Numbered from the stretch's first letter, positions 20,889-30,316 are shown. The stretch is 64,000 bases of DNA from Candidatus Dormiibacterota bacterium (GCA_963789735.1 CAWBLV010000006.1:99527-163526); one strand, 5' to 3'. Numbers and translations: made by a program. Notes: generated from the sequence alone by a model not told the origin.

Positions 20889-21410
20889 TCAGGTCGACGG
20901 GTCGGACTGGTCTGGATGCCGCGTGTCGCCCGAGATCAATGCGAGTGCGTGCGGGAGAGCCGGCCAGACGGCATCGAGGCACTCGGCGACGGCATTCGGA
21001 CTGCCGGGAAGTGACAGGACAAGACAATGGCCCATCACCCCGACGACCTGCCGCGAGAGCATCGCGTGCGGTGTCGACTTGAGACCTTCGAGGCGCATCA
21101 CTTCGGCCATCCCCGGGACCTCGTAGTCGAACAGGGGCACAAGCGCCTGGGGCGTCACGTCGCGAGGCCCGACACCGGTGCCTCCGGTGAGGATGAGAAT
21201 GTCGGCCGACAGCGTGCATTCACCCACCGCTACGCGGATCTGCTCGATGTCGTCGGGCACGCTCTTTCGTACGACAACATCCGCGGGGAGCAGCGCGAAT
21301 CGCGCCACGATGACGTCGCCACTGCGGTCGTCCGCATCCACGCCACGGCGGCTGTCGCTGACCGTGATCTCGGCGCCACGCCAGCGCTTCTCCGCGGGCA
21401 TTTCACTCAT
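20889..21410 (-). CDS. moaB: MoaB/MogA-family molybdenum cofactor biosynthesis protein
   Basis: ILILTGGTGVGPRDVTP and LPGSPNA motifs are present. 173 aa, ATGA overlap with fdhD. Confidence 0.85.
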   Translation of the reverse strand: MSEMPAEKRWRGAEITVSDSRRGVDADDRSGDVIVARFALLPADVVVRKSVPDDIEQIRVAVGECTLSADILILTGGTGVGPRDVTPQALVPLFDYEVPGMAEVMRLEGLKSTPHAMLSRQVVGVMGHCLVLSLPGSPNAVAECLDAVWPALPHALALISGDTRHPDQSDPST

Positions 21411-22237
21411 TCGCGAATGATCCGCTCGTGTCCGGCGTACACGTTCATCTGCTCGCCGCGAAGAAAGCCGATCAGCGTCATCCCCGAGGCAGCAGCGAGT
21501 TCGACCGCGAGGCTCGACGGCGCTGAAACGGCTGCCAGCACCGGGATTCCCGCCATCAGCGCTTTTTGCGTGAGCTCGAAGCTCGCGCGTCCGGACGCGA
21601 GGATCACGTGCGACCGCAGCGGCAGCAACCCCTGCGTCGCCGCCCAGCCGATCACTTTGTCAAAAGCGTTGTGCCGGCCCACATCCTCGCGCAAGCACAG
21701 GAGTTCGCCGGCGCTGTCGAAGAGTGCCGCCGCGTGCAAACCGCCCGTGCGTGAGAACTGCCGCTGCGCCGAGCGCTGGATCGCGGGCAGCGCGAGCAGA
21801 AGCTCCGGCGTGAGTCGCAGCGGATCGGCAGCGACGTCGTACGCCGATTTGGTACGCACCGCTTCGATGCTCGCCTTGCCGCACATGCCGCACGACGAGG
21901 TCATGTAGAAGGCCCGCGGGGTGATCGCGCGGGACGCTGCTGCCGGGGTGAGCGTGACCTCGACGATGTTCAACTCACCGGTCGCGGCCGCGGCGTCCGG
22001 ACACATCTTCATGCTGGAGATCTCAGCTGCGCTTTCGATGATGCCTTCCGTGATGAGGAACCCGGCGACCAGGTCGAAATCGTCTCCAGGTGTGCGCATC
22101 GTCACCGACAGCGAAACGTCGCCGATCCGGATCTCGAGCGGCTCCTCGGTGCTGACGTCGTCGCTCCGCCAGGTCACAGCTCCGCCGGCCGCGACCTGCA
22201 TCACCCGCCTGTGGCGCACGGTCATGCCGACCACCAT
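21407..22237 (-). CDS. fdhD: FdhD sulfurtransferase / formate dehydrogenase accessory protein
   Basis: Active-site loop TSSCGMCGKASIE and a C-terminal SAPSSLAVELA motif. 276 aa. Confidence 0.9.
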   Translation of the reverse strand: MVVGMTVRHRRVMQVAAGGAVTWRSDDVSTEEPLEIRIGDVSLSVTMRTPGDDFDLVAGFLITEGIIESAAEISSMKMCPDAAAATGELNIVEVTLTPAAASRAITPRAFYMTSSCGMCGKASIEAVRTKSAYDVAADPLRLTPELLLALPAIQRSAQRQFSRTGGLHAAALFDSAGELLCLREDVGRHNAFDKVIGWAATQGLLPLRSHVILASGRASFELTQKALMAGIPVLAAVSAPSSLAVELAAASGMTLIGFLRGEQMNVYAGHERIIRE

Positions 22238-22282
22238 AGCGACCTCGCACCGGCCTACCGTGGAGCGACATCATTCGTTGCC

Positions 22283-22570
22283 ATGTCCGATACACCCGGA
22301 GCTGCCGACATCCTCGCCGAGCTCGCGTCACAGCTCGATGTAGCAGGCGCTGGTGGCGCCTGTGAGACGGTCGATCTAGCGAAACGGGCGACGCTGCTTC
22401 GCATCGCTCGTGATGTCGCGCATGCCACCGAGCGTCAGAACGCTCCGCTCGCCGCCTACCTGATCGGCCGTTTCGTGCAGACCTGCCTTGGCGTGGGCAT
22501 GACCGAAGCCGCGGCAATCGATCGAGCGGCCGAAGTGGTTCGATCGCTCATCGGCGAGGCTCCTGGCTGA
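22283..22570 (+). CDS. Small conserved hypothetical protein (resembles the DUF6457-type proteins found next to mobA/fdhD in actinobacteria)
   Basis: MSDTPGAADILAELASQLDV...LLRIARDVAHATERQNAPLAAYLIG. The family assignment is from memory only. The 3' end overlaps the convergent mobA by 23 nt. Confidence 0.45.
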   Translation: MSDTPGAADILAELASQLDVAGAGGACETVDLAKRATLLRIARDVAHATERQNAPLAAYLIGRFVQTCLGVGMTEAAAIDRAAEVVRSLIGEAPG

Positions 22571-23189
22571 TCTGCTCGAGGTCCTCGGGAGTGTTCAGGT
22601 TGCGGGTGAAGCCTTCGGAAATGCCGGCATTGCGCCACGCGTCCTCCGACAGGTACACGGCGTTGGACCCCGCGATCAGGTGCCGGATCGATCTGTCCTC
22701 GCTGCGGAGCGCGTTCTCCGCCGCCTCGAGAAGGGATGTGGCGTACACGGCGTGCAAGGGCTCGAGGCCGTGGTCCGTCTCGCAGACCGCGACGTCGCGC
22801 TCGCCGATCGCGGCCGCGAGCAGGCCGAGCACCCGCGGGTCCACCCAGGGGAGGTCGACGGCGACGACGGCGAGCAACCGATGCGGCGACGCACGCAGCG
22901 CCGCCACAAGACCGCCGAGCGGCCCCGAATCGGGCTCGGCGTCGCGAACCAATGCTCTCCCAGTCAGCGTCAATGCCAGGTTTCCGGGCGCGACCATGAC
23001 GGGGTCGCAGACGGTGTCGAGACGTGCGAGCGCTCGTTGGAGCAGCGTCTCTCCTTCGAAGCGGATGCTTGCTTTGTCGAACCCCATGCGCGTGCTGCGC
23101 CCACCACACAACACGACTCCGGCGAGTGGGCGCACAGGCGCGTTTTCGTTGCGTATTCCGTCTCGATCCGACGCGTGTGGCGAGTCCAT
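22548..23189 (-). CDS. mobA: Molybdenum cofactor guanylyltransferase
   Basis: GVVLCGGRSTRMGFDKASI N-terminal motif and LAVVAVDLPW. 213 aa. Confidence 0.85.
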   Translation of the reverse strand: MDSPHASDRDGIRNENAPVRPLAGVVLCGGRSTRMGFDKASIRFEGETLLQRALARLDTVCDPVMVAPGNLALTLTGRALVRDAEPDSGPLGGLVAALRASPHRLLAVVAVDLPWVDPRVLGLLAAAIGERDVAVCETDHGLEPLHAVYATSLLEAAENALRSEDRSIRHLIAGSNAVYLSEDAWRNAGISEGFTRNLNTPEDLEQISQEPRR

Positions 23190-23270
23190 GCACGCAACCT
23201 TACGAGACGCAACGGCGCCAAACCCAGGGCCGGGAAGCGACGCCTGCGTTGCCGCAGAGCCGCTTTCGAC

Positions 23271-23495
23271 CTAAGCGCTCAGGCCGTTGCTGACGTTTGA
23301 GAAAACGTTGTTGGTCTGATGTCCAACCACACCGACAACGACGATGACGAAGATCGCGATCAGGATGAGAATCAACCCGTACTCGACGAGTCCCTGACCA
23401 CGCTCGCTATCGCGCCGCCGGCTGGTGGGAAGGGTCAACGACCGCACCAGGGCTACCAACGCTGGGAAAAATGCCGGGATCATGTCGAGCAGCAT
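23271..23495 (-). CDS. flp: Flp/Fap-family type IVb pilin precursor
   Basis: ERGQGLVEYGLILILIAIFVIVVVGVV matches the Flp processing and hydrophobic motif (G/xxxxEY). The leader is unusually long from 23495; GTG 23447 is an alternative start. Confidence 0.7.
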   Translation of the reverse strand: MLLDMIPAFFPALVALVRSLTLPTSRRRDSERGQGLVEYGLILILIAIFVIVVVGVVGHQTNNVFSNVSNGLSA

Positions 23496-23592
23496 CGGTC
23501 ACACGTGACGGCGACACGTTGTGGTTGGGTGACGAGGTTGTTTCGGTGCTCGCCAAAGAAATGGCGACCGTTACTTCGACGTTACCCCGAGA

Positions 23593-25173
23593 TCAGCGGG
23601 CGAGTTCCGCACTCTTGATCGCCGCGCCGTAGCCCTCGGGCAGCGGCCGCGGCGGCTGCGGTCCGACATAGAGCGCGGAGGGGCGGATGAGCCGGTTGTT
23701 GGCAGCCTGCTCGGCGATCGCCGCGGTCCAGCCGACCGTCCTGCTCGAGGCGAATGTGGGGGTGAACATGTCCGGCGGGATGCCGACGCTGTTCATCACC
23801 ACGCCGGCGTAGAACTCGACGTTCGTGTAGAGGCGGCGACCCGGCTTGAGCTCGTTGAGAACGCGGAGCGCCGTCTGCTCGACCTGCACCGCGAACTCTG
23901 CCTGGGGTCCGCCGAGCTCGATTGCCACCTCGCGCAGCAGCGTCGAACGGGGATCGTCCGTCTTGTACACACGGTGTCCGAATCCCATGAGGCGCTCTCC
24001 GGAGGAGATCTCGTGGCGCAGGTACTCCTCGGCTTTGTCCGGCGTGCCGATCGCATCGAGCATGGCGAGCGCCCGCGACGGCGCACCGCCATGGAGTGGC
24101 CCGGCCAGGGCGCCGATCGCCCCGGTGAGAGCGGATCCGATGTCCGATCCCGTCGACGTGATCACGCGTGCGGTGAAGGTGGAGGAGTTGAACCCGTGGT
24201 CCATCGTGAGGATCAGGTACTGCTCGAGCGCCCGGATCGCCCGGTCGTGGGGCCGCTCGCCGGTGAGCATCTGGATGTAGGAGCCCACGTAGCCGAGATC
24301 GGCGTCCGGCTCGACCGGCTCGAGTCCGAGGTGATGCCGGTGCAGCCGCATCAGCAGCACGGGGACGATCGCCGCCATCTTCAGGCATTCCCTGCGGACT
24401 TCCTCCGCCGGGATGTCGAGCGTCGGCTGCTGCTCGAGCGCCGCACCGGTGAGGGACACGGCGGAGCGAAGCGCCATCAGCGGCGTGTAACCGGGCAGCG
24501 AGGCAATCTCGGGGAGCAGGTTCGCGATCTTCTCGGGAACTGAGCGCGCCTCGACCGCCAGCTTGGTGAACGCTTTGAGCTGCGCATCGTCGGGAAGCTC
24601 GCCTTCTACAAGAAGGTGCCAGACCTGCTCGAACGAGCACCGGCGTGCCAGCTCCGTGGCGTTGTAGCCGCGGTAGTGGAAGAACCCTTCCTCGCCGCGA
24701 ACGTCTCCCACCGATGTCTCCGCGACGGCCACACCCTCGAGGCCGCGAGGTGCCAATCCGGGAGGTGCCGATCCTGCAGGCTGCACCTCCTCGATGTGCG
24801 CGACGCGGACGACGTGACGGATCGAGAGAATCCCCGCCACCCGATCGCCGTCCATGACGGGGAGATGCCGGAAGCGACGTTCCCGAAAGACCTCGAGTCC
24901 CTTCTCCACGGTGTCTGAGACCGACACCGTGATCGGGTCCTTGGTCATGACCTCCTCCACCTTCGCGGTGTGGGGATCGATGCCGTGGCCGACCGACCGG
25001 AGGAGGTCTCGCTCACTGAGCATGCCTCGCAGCCTGCCTTGTGCGTCGAGCACTGCGGCTGCCCCAACATTGGCCCCGTCCAGGATCACCGAAGCTTCGG
25101 ACAGGGTGATGGTGGTCGGCACGACCACCGCCGGTTTGTGCATTACATCGGCAACGGTCAGAGATACGGTCAC
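23593..25173 (-). CDS. CBS-pair domain fused to a citrate synthase-family domain
   Basis: The N-terminal about 125 aa carries two CBS repeats (VADVMHKPAVVVP...; VEEVMTKDPITVS...HLPVMDGDRVAGILS). This is followed by GPLHGGA and GFGHRVYKTDDPR citrate-synthase motifs. 526 aa. Confidence 0.85.
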   Translation of the reverse strand: MTVSLTVADVMHKPAVVVPTTITLSEASVILDGANVGAAAVLDAQGRLRGMLSERDLLRSVGHGIDPHTAKVEEVMTKDPITVSVSDTVEKGLEVFRERRFRHLPVMDGDRVAGILSIRHVVRVAHIEEVQPAGSAPPGLAPRGLEGVAVAETSVGDVRGEEGFFHYRGYNATELARRCSFEQVWHLLVEGELPDDAQLKAFTKLAVEARSVPEKIANLLPEIASLPGYTPLMALRSAVSLTGAALEQQPTLDIPAEEVRRECLKMAAIVPVLLMRLHRHHLGLEPVEPDADLGYVGSYIQMLTGERPHDRAIRALEQYLILTMDHGFNSSTFTARVITSTGSDIGSALTGAIGALAGPLHGGAPSRALAMLDAIGTPDKAEEYLRHEISSGERLMGFGHRVYKTDDPRSTLLREVAIELGGPQAEFAVQVEQTALRVLNELKPGRRLYTNVEFYAGVVMNSVGIPPDMFTPTFASSRTVGWTAAIAEQAANNRLIRPSALYVGPQPPRPLPEGYGAAIKSAELAR

Positions 25174-25270
25174 GGTGTCAGTCTAGCGCTGTGCATGGGG
25201 CCCCTCGGTGCTTCGCGGCGCCCGCCATTCGGCGCGGCAGGGCGCCAGAACGTCACGATCTGGCGACCAC

Positions 25271-26747
25271 ATGACAGACGACATCGAGAGCCGCGACCAC
25301 CCCGGCGGGGATATGGCCCCAGACGCGTACCGCGAGGCGGCCCACCGTGTGGCGGACTGGACGGCCGATTACCTTCGTGACGTCGAGCAGTACCCGGTGC
25401 TGAGCCCCGCCGAGCCGGGAAGCCTCCGACGGGCGCTGCCAGAGGCGCCGCCCGCGCAAGGGGAATCGGTGGACGCCATCCTCGGCGATATCGACGCCCT
25501 GCTCATCCCGGCGACCACGCACTGGCAGTCGCCCGGATTCATGGCCTACTTCGCTTCGAGCGGGTCGGCGCCAGGGATTCTGGGCGAGACTCTCGCCGCG
25601 GCTTTCAACGTCAACGCGATGCTCTGGCGCACGGCCCCTGCCGCGACCGAACTGGAGCAGGTCACCCTCGACTGGCTCCGCCAGATGGTGGGGCTGCCGC
25701 ACCCGCTCTTCGGCGTGATCAACGACACGGCATCGTCGAGCACCCTGTACGCGCTCGCAGCCGCGCGTGAGGCGCAGACGGATCTGCGCATCCGCGAGCT
25801 CGGGATGACCGGTCGCCCCGAGCTGCCCCGGCTGCGGTTCTACGCATCCACTGAGGCGCATTCATCAGTGGAGAAGGCCGGCATCGTGCTTGGTGTCGGC
25901 AAGGAGGGGCTGCGCCGCATCCCCGTCGACGAGCGCTTCCGCATGGATCCGATCGCGCTCCGGCAGGCAGTGTACGAGGATGTCGCCGCGGGGTTTCGGC
26001 CCTTCGCGGTTGTCGCCACGGTTGGGACCACATCCACCACCAGTGTCGACCCCGTGGCCGCAATCGCCGCGCTCTGCGAGCAGCACGGGCTCTGGCTGCA
26101 TGTCGACGCCGCGTATGGCGGTGCGGCGGCTATCGCACCGGAGCTGCGCTGGGTGCTCGACGGTGCCGAGCGAGCCGAACTCGATTGTCGTCAATCCGCA
26201 CAAGTGGCTGTTCACGCCCATCGACTGCAGCGTCCTCTGGACGCGCCGCCCGGACGTGCTCCGCGACGCATTCTCGATCGTGCCGGAGTACCTCACCACC
26301 AGCGACGGTTCTGCCCACGACGCGCCGAATCTCATGGACTACGGCACGTCGCTCGGCAGACGGATGCGCGCCCTCAAGTTGTGGATGGTCATCAGACATT
26401 TCGGCACCGACGCGCTCGCGCAGCGCATTCGTGCGCACTGCGAGTTCGCGTCGATGGTGGCCCGATGGGTGCGCGACGCACCGGACTTCGAGTTGCTCGC
26501 TCCGGCACCACTCAGCGTTGTGTGTCTCCGCGCACATCCCCCTGGCCTAGACGATCCTGGGACGCTCGACACACTCAATCAGCGGATCGTCGAGCGCATC
26601 AACAGCGGTGGTCACTACTTCGTGAGTCACACAAAATTGCGTGGTGAGTATGCGATTCGCGTGGCGTTCGGCAACCTTCGGCAGGAAGAGCGTCATGCAC
26701 GCGGCATGATCGCCGCAATACGCGGTGCTATGGACGATGTAGGATGA
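25271..26747 (+). pseudogene. Group II PLP-dependent (aromatic-L-amino-acid type) decarboxylase, split by a 1-nt frameshift near 26178
   Basis: The N-terminal frame reads ...HWQSPGFMAYFASSGS...STEAHSSVEKA...LHVDAAYGGAA...LDGAERA. The C-terminal frame reads SIVVNPHKWLFTPIDCSVLW... (PLP-lysine motif). The junction is at GAACTC 26177-26182. Confidence 0.85.
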
Positions 26748-26753
26748 CTCGCA

Positions 26754-27953
26754 ATGTTCCGCGCCCTTGGGGCGAGACTCACCCTCGACCATAAGGGGGT
26801 GGCCGGAGCTGCGCTTTTCGAAGCGGCGGCTCAGCGAATGTGGATCTGGGCAAGCGATGGTCTTAAGACTGCGGATGAATATGCGACAGTTTCCGACGGT
26901 CTTAAGACTGCACCGAATTTGTTCGCGGAAGGCGAGTTTCATGAGAATGGTCGAACCGTCACTGCGTTGCGCTGCGATTCGGATGACCGATCGCTGTGCC
27001 GCGTCACCCTGCAACGGCCCGACGAATGGGATCCCTCAATACTCTGGCTGACCACCGTCGATGCGGTGCGCACCGGTGATGTGGTGGATGTCGGCGTGTC
27101 GGTGGAACAGGACTTGCGTCATCTGCGTGTGCCGCCGTCGCCACTTGCGCCACCGCTCATCGCCCTCCTGCAGGATTTCGTCAATGCGGGCGCGACCGCC
27201 GGAACGCAGCGTCTGTACGCCACTGCTGAAGCCATCGTCGGCAGTGAACAGATCGACTCGTTTGTCGAATCCTGTCTGCTCGATCCCGGCCGCCGGCTAC
27301 CGGTCGTGCTCTTCAGCGCGGTGAAAGAGGAGGACGGCGTCTATCCCCCTAACGCGGGAAATCCTGCGCTGACGGCGCGCGAGCTCTGTGGACTCGCGCA
27401 TGTGTACGTCATGCCGCGTGTCGAGGACTCGCATCGCCTGACCAAGCGACTCGCATTGCTCTCCGTCTACGACGGGGCGGTGCGCGTGTACTGGCCGCGA
27501 TTCCGGCTGAGCGACCCTCCCCCGCGCCATCCGCTGCATCTCCGCCAGCGCCTCAACACCGCGAGCGGGCCTGCCATCATCCGTCGTGTGGTTGAAGCCG
27601 GCGCCCGCTCATATCGCCCTCCTGACGGCACCGGGACCTTGCTCGCGACCCGCTGGCGCGAGGATGCACAGCGACGCATCGCGACCATCACCACCGATCC
27701 CGATCCGGTGCATCAGGCGTCGCTCCTGCGCGAAGAGCTGCTGAGCGTCATCGATGCGAAGGTCGCGCTCGAGCGCGAGATGGAGATGCTCCGCCATCAG
27801 TTGCTCCGCGCCACGGAGCGGACGGACGAGGTCGATTCCCATGTCACCGGAGTGCGCACGGTCCTGGATCCGGCGACGGAGTTGAGTGGGCGGCCGGCGC
27901 CGATCCTCGAGGTCGTCGCGCCAGATGCGGGTGACATGGCGCTGGGGGACTGA
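26754..27953 (+). CDS. Hypothetical protein, no recognised domain, coiled-coil C-terminus
   Basis: 399-aa ORF with AGGA 9 nt before ATG 26754; its stop lies 2 nt before the gad start. Third-position GC is visibly lower than in neighbouring genes. The N-terminal 55 aa are doubtful (they contain the palindromic repeats); TTG near 26919 is an alternative start. Confidence 0.6.
   Translation: MFRALGARLTLDHKGVAGAALFEAAAQRMWIWASDGLKTADEYATVSDGLKTAPNLFAEGEFHENGRTVTALRCDSDDRSLCRVTLQRPDEWDPSILWLTTVDAVRTGDVVDVGVSVEQDLRHLRVPPSPLAPPLIALLQDFVNAGATAGTQRLYATAEAIVGSEQIDSFVESCLLDPGRRLPVVLFSAVKEEDGVYPPNAGNPALTARELCGLAHVYVMPRVEDSHRLTKRLALLSVYDGAVRVYWPRFRLSDPPPRHPLHLRQRLNTASGPAIIRRVVEAGARSYRPPDGTGTLLATRWREDAQRRIATITTDPDPVHQASLLREELLSVIDAKVALEREMEMLRHQLLRATERTDEVDSHVTGVRTVLDPATELSGRPAPILEVVAPDAGDMALGD
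26859..26911. repeat. Two copies of GGTCTTAAGACTGC (core is the perfect 10-bp palindrome GTCTTAAGAC), 39 bp apart
   Basis: Read directly at 26859-26872 and 26898-26911. The match extends to 18 nt with one mismatch, from 26855 and 26894. The repeats are AT-rich relative to a 68-70% GC background. Confidence 0.85.
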
Positions 27954-27955
27954 AC

Positions 27956-29344
27956 ATGCCGATCCATCACCGCAGCCACGACGCGGCGGACGCGACCATC
28001 GAGATCAACCCTCTCTACGCGCGCAGCGGTGAGACGCGCACGGTCCCCAAACTGCATCTCCCCGAGGGCGAGCTGCCCCCCGACCTCGCCTACCAGATCG
28101 TGCATGACGAGCTGATGCTCGACGGCAACGCACGCCTCAACCTCGCGACGTTTGTCACCACGTGGATGGATCCGCAGGCGGAGCGGCTCATGGCTGAGTC
28201 GGTCGACAAGAACGTCATCGACAAGGACGAGTACCCGCAGACGGCTGAGCTCGAACGCCGCTGCGTGCACATGCTCGCGGGCCTCTGGCACGCGCCTGGC
28301 ACGCACGCCGGAGTGGGCTGTTCGACGACTGGTTCGAGCGAAGCGGCGATGCTTGCCGGCCTCGCGCTCAAATGGCGCTGGCGCCAGCGGCGTCGCGCCG
28401 CCGGCCTGTCGGTCGAAAAGCCGAACCTCGTGATGGGCATCAACGTGCAGGTGTGCTGGGAGAAGTTCTGCCGCTACTGGGACGTCGAGCCGCGCTATGT
28501 CCCGATGGAAGGCGAGCGCCGCCATCTGACAGCAGAGACGGCGATACCGCTGTGCGACGAGAACACGATCGGTGTCGTCGCGGTGCTCGGTTCGACACAG
28601 GACGGCAGCTATGAGCCCGTGGCAGCGATCGCGGCGGCACTCGAGCAGTTGGCCATCGGCGGCGGGCCCGATGTTCCTCTGCACGTCGACGCCGCTTCCG
28701 GAGGCTTTATCGCACCGTTCATCCAGCCGGATCTCGTGTGGGACTTCCGGCTCGAGCGTGTCGTGTCCATCAACACATCGGGACACAAGTACGGCCTCGT
28801 GTATCCCGGTGTCGGCTGGGTGATCTGGCGGGATCGCGAGTCGCTGCCGGAGGACCTCATCTTCAACGTCAACTACCTTGGCGGCAGCATGCCGACGTTC
28901 GCGCTCAACTTTTCGCGGTCCGGGGCGAACGTGGTCGCGCAGTACTACCAGCTGATCCGCCTCGGTTTCGAGGGATACCGCCGCGTGCAACAGGCATGCC
29001 AGGACACCGCGATGCACCTGTCCGCGCAGATCGCCAAGCTCGGTCCGTTCCGGTTGCTCACCGACGGCAGCGAGCTGCCGGTCTTCGCGTTCACCGTCGA
29101 ACCGGAGGCCGGCTACACGGTGTACGACGTCTCCGACGCGCTTCGCAAACGCGGCTGGCAGGTACCCGCATACACGTTGTGCGCCAACCTCGAACAGGAG
29201 TCCGTGCTTCGCGTCGTGGTGCGCAACGGCTTCTCGCGTGACCTGTCAGACATGCTGGTCGACGACCTCAAGCGTGAGGTGGGATTGCTGAAGCGCGGCG
29301 CCCCGTCGCAACATCACGCGGACCGTCAGCGCTTCCATCACTGA
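27956..29344 (+). CDS. gadB: Glutamate decarboxylase
   Basis: NLATFVTTWMDPQAERLM, DKDEYPQTAELE and the PLP-lysine motif SINTSGHKYGLVYPGVGW are present. 462 aa. Confidence 0.9.
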   Translation: MPIHHRSHDAADATIEINPLYARSGETRTVPKLHLPEGELPPDLAYQIVHDELMLDGNARLNLATFVTTWMDPQAERLMAESVDKNVIDKDEYPQTAELERRCVHMLAGLWHAPGTHAGVGCSTTGSSEAAMLAGLALKWRWRQRRRAAGLSVEKPNLVMGINVQVCWEKFCRYWDVEPRYVPMEGERRHLTAETAIPLCDENTIGVVAVLGSTQDGSYEPVAAIAAALEQLAIGGGPDVPLHVDAASGGFIAPFIQPDLVWDFRLERVVSINTSGHKYGLVYPGVGWVIWRDRESLPEDLIFNVNYLGGSMPTFALNFSRSGANVVAQYYQLIRLGFEGYRRVQQACQDTAMHLSAQIAKLGPFRLLTDGSELPVFAFTVEPEAGYTVYDVSDALRKRGWQVPAYTLCANLEQESVLRVVVRNGFSRDLSDMLVDDLKREVGLLKRGAPSQHHADRQRFHH

Positions 29345-29362
29345 CAGCGAGTGCGCTGACGG

Positions 29363-30316
29363 TTACTGCCGCGGCGTGCGTCCGGACACCACGCGGGTCA
29401 CGCCCAGGTCGTCCTTGGTCCAGCCGACATCGACGAGCTTCGCCGCGCGAAGCGTCGCCTGCGTCCTTCGCGAGAGGTAGGTGCCCACCTCGACGAGCAG
29501 CACACCACCTGGCCTGAGCCACACGTGCGACTCGGCCGCCAGGCGCCGCACCAACCCGAGGCCATCGTCGGATCCGTCGGTGAGGGACTGGAGCGGCTCG
29601 AAGGCTCGGATCTCGCGCGGCAATTCCTTCAGGTCGCCGCGCAGCACGTACGGCGGGTGGATGGTGAAGACATCGATCTCGCCGCGAAGCCGGCGCGGCA
29701 GCGCGTCGAGGAGATCGCCCGCACGGAAATGCACGTTGCGCAGCCCGAGATGGCGCGCGTTGTCCTTGCCGAGCAGTGCTGCTTCAACAGAGATGTCGAC
29801 GCCCCAGACATCCGCGTCGCGGACCTCACTCGCGACGGCGAGCGCCACCGGACCAGCGCCGGTTGCCACGTCCACAGCGACCCGTTGCCCGCGCCGCCGG
29901 CGCAGCGCCTTGATTGCCTCGTTGGCAAGCAACTCGCTCGAAGCCCGGGGAACGAAAACGCCGTCGCGAATCAGCAAATCGAGTCCACGGAATGCGTAGT
30001 GGCCTTTGATGCGCGGAATCGGCTCGCCGTTGACACGTCGCGCAACCATTCCCTGGTAGCGCTTCTTCGACGCGGCGTCGAGCACGCGGTCGAGGATGGC
30101 CGGCGTCAGCTTTCGACCGAGCACTTCGGTCATCAACTCCTCGGCGTCATACCGCCCGAGGTTGCGATCCCAGTGATCGATCGCCTTTGACTTGTCGATT
30201 TTGCGGACGGCTTTGTCGATGTGTTCGGTGACGGTGATTGCGGGCATAGCCCGCGCATGGTAAGCGGTGGACTCGGCGGTCCGTGCACGATAGGGACGTG
30301 CACGTGACTCCCCCAC
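29363..30316 (-). CDS. HemK/PrmC-like SAM-dependent methyltransferase (putative protein N5-glutamine methyltransferase family)
   Basis: SAM motif VAVDVATGAGPVALA and motif IV IHPPY are present. ATG 30247 is an alternative start. Confidence 0.75.
   Translation of the reverse strand: MGESRARPYRARTAESTAYHARAMPAITVTEHIDKAVRKIDKSKAIDHWDRNLGRYDAEELMTEVLGRKLTPAILDRVLDAASKKRYQGMVARRVNGEPIPRIKGHYAFRGLDLLIRDGVFVPRASSELLANEAIKALRRRRGQRVAVDVATGAGPVALAVASEVRDADVWGVDISVEAALLGKDNARHLGLRNVHFRAGDLLDALPRRLRGEIDVFTIHPPYVLRGDLKELPREIRAFEPLQSLTDGSDDGLGLVRRLAAESHVWLRPGGVLLVEVGTYLSRRTQATLRAAKLVDVGWTKDDLGVTRVVSGRTPRQ

Noticed and set aside
26547-27014. A 155-aa minus-strand ORF spanning the decarboxylase 3' end and the palindrome region.
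   Set aside because: It overlaps the well-supported decarboxylase C-terminus, and its translation is Cys/Arg/Ser-rich nonsense. The low-GC segment simply lacks stops in that frame.
29363-30316. The HPPY-motif methyltransferase as the enzyme responsible for the inferred GANTC modification.
   Set aside because: Its overall pattern (HemK/PrmC-like N-terminal region, motif order, size) matches protein glutamine methyltransferases rather than CcrM/HinfI-type DNA methyltransferases. No DNA-recognition domain is apparent. The candidate methylase, if any, must lie outside the window.
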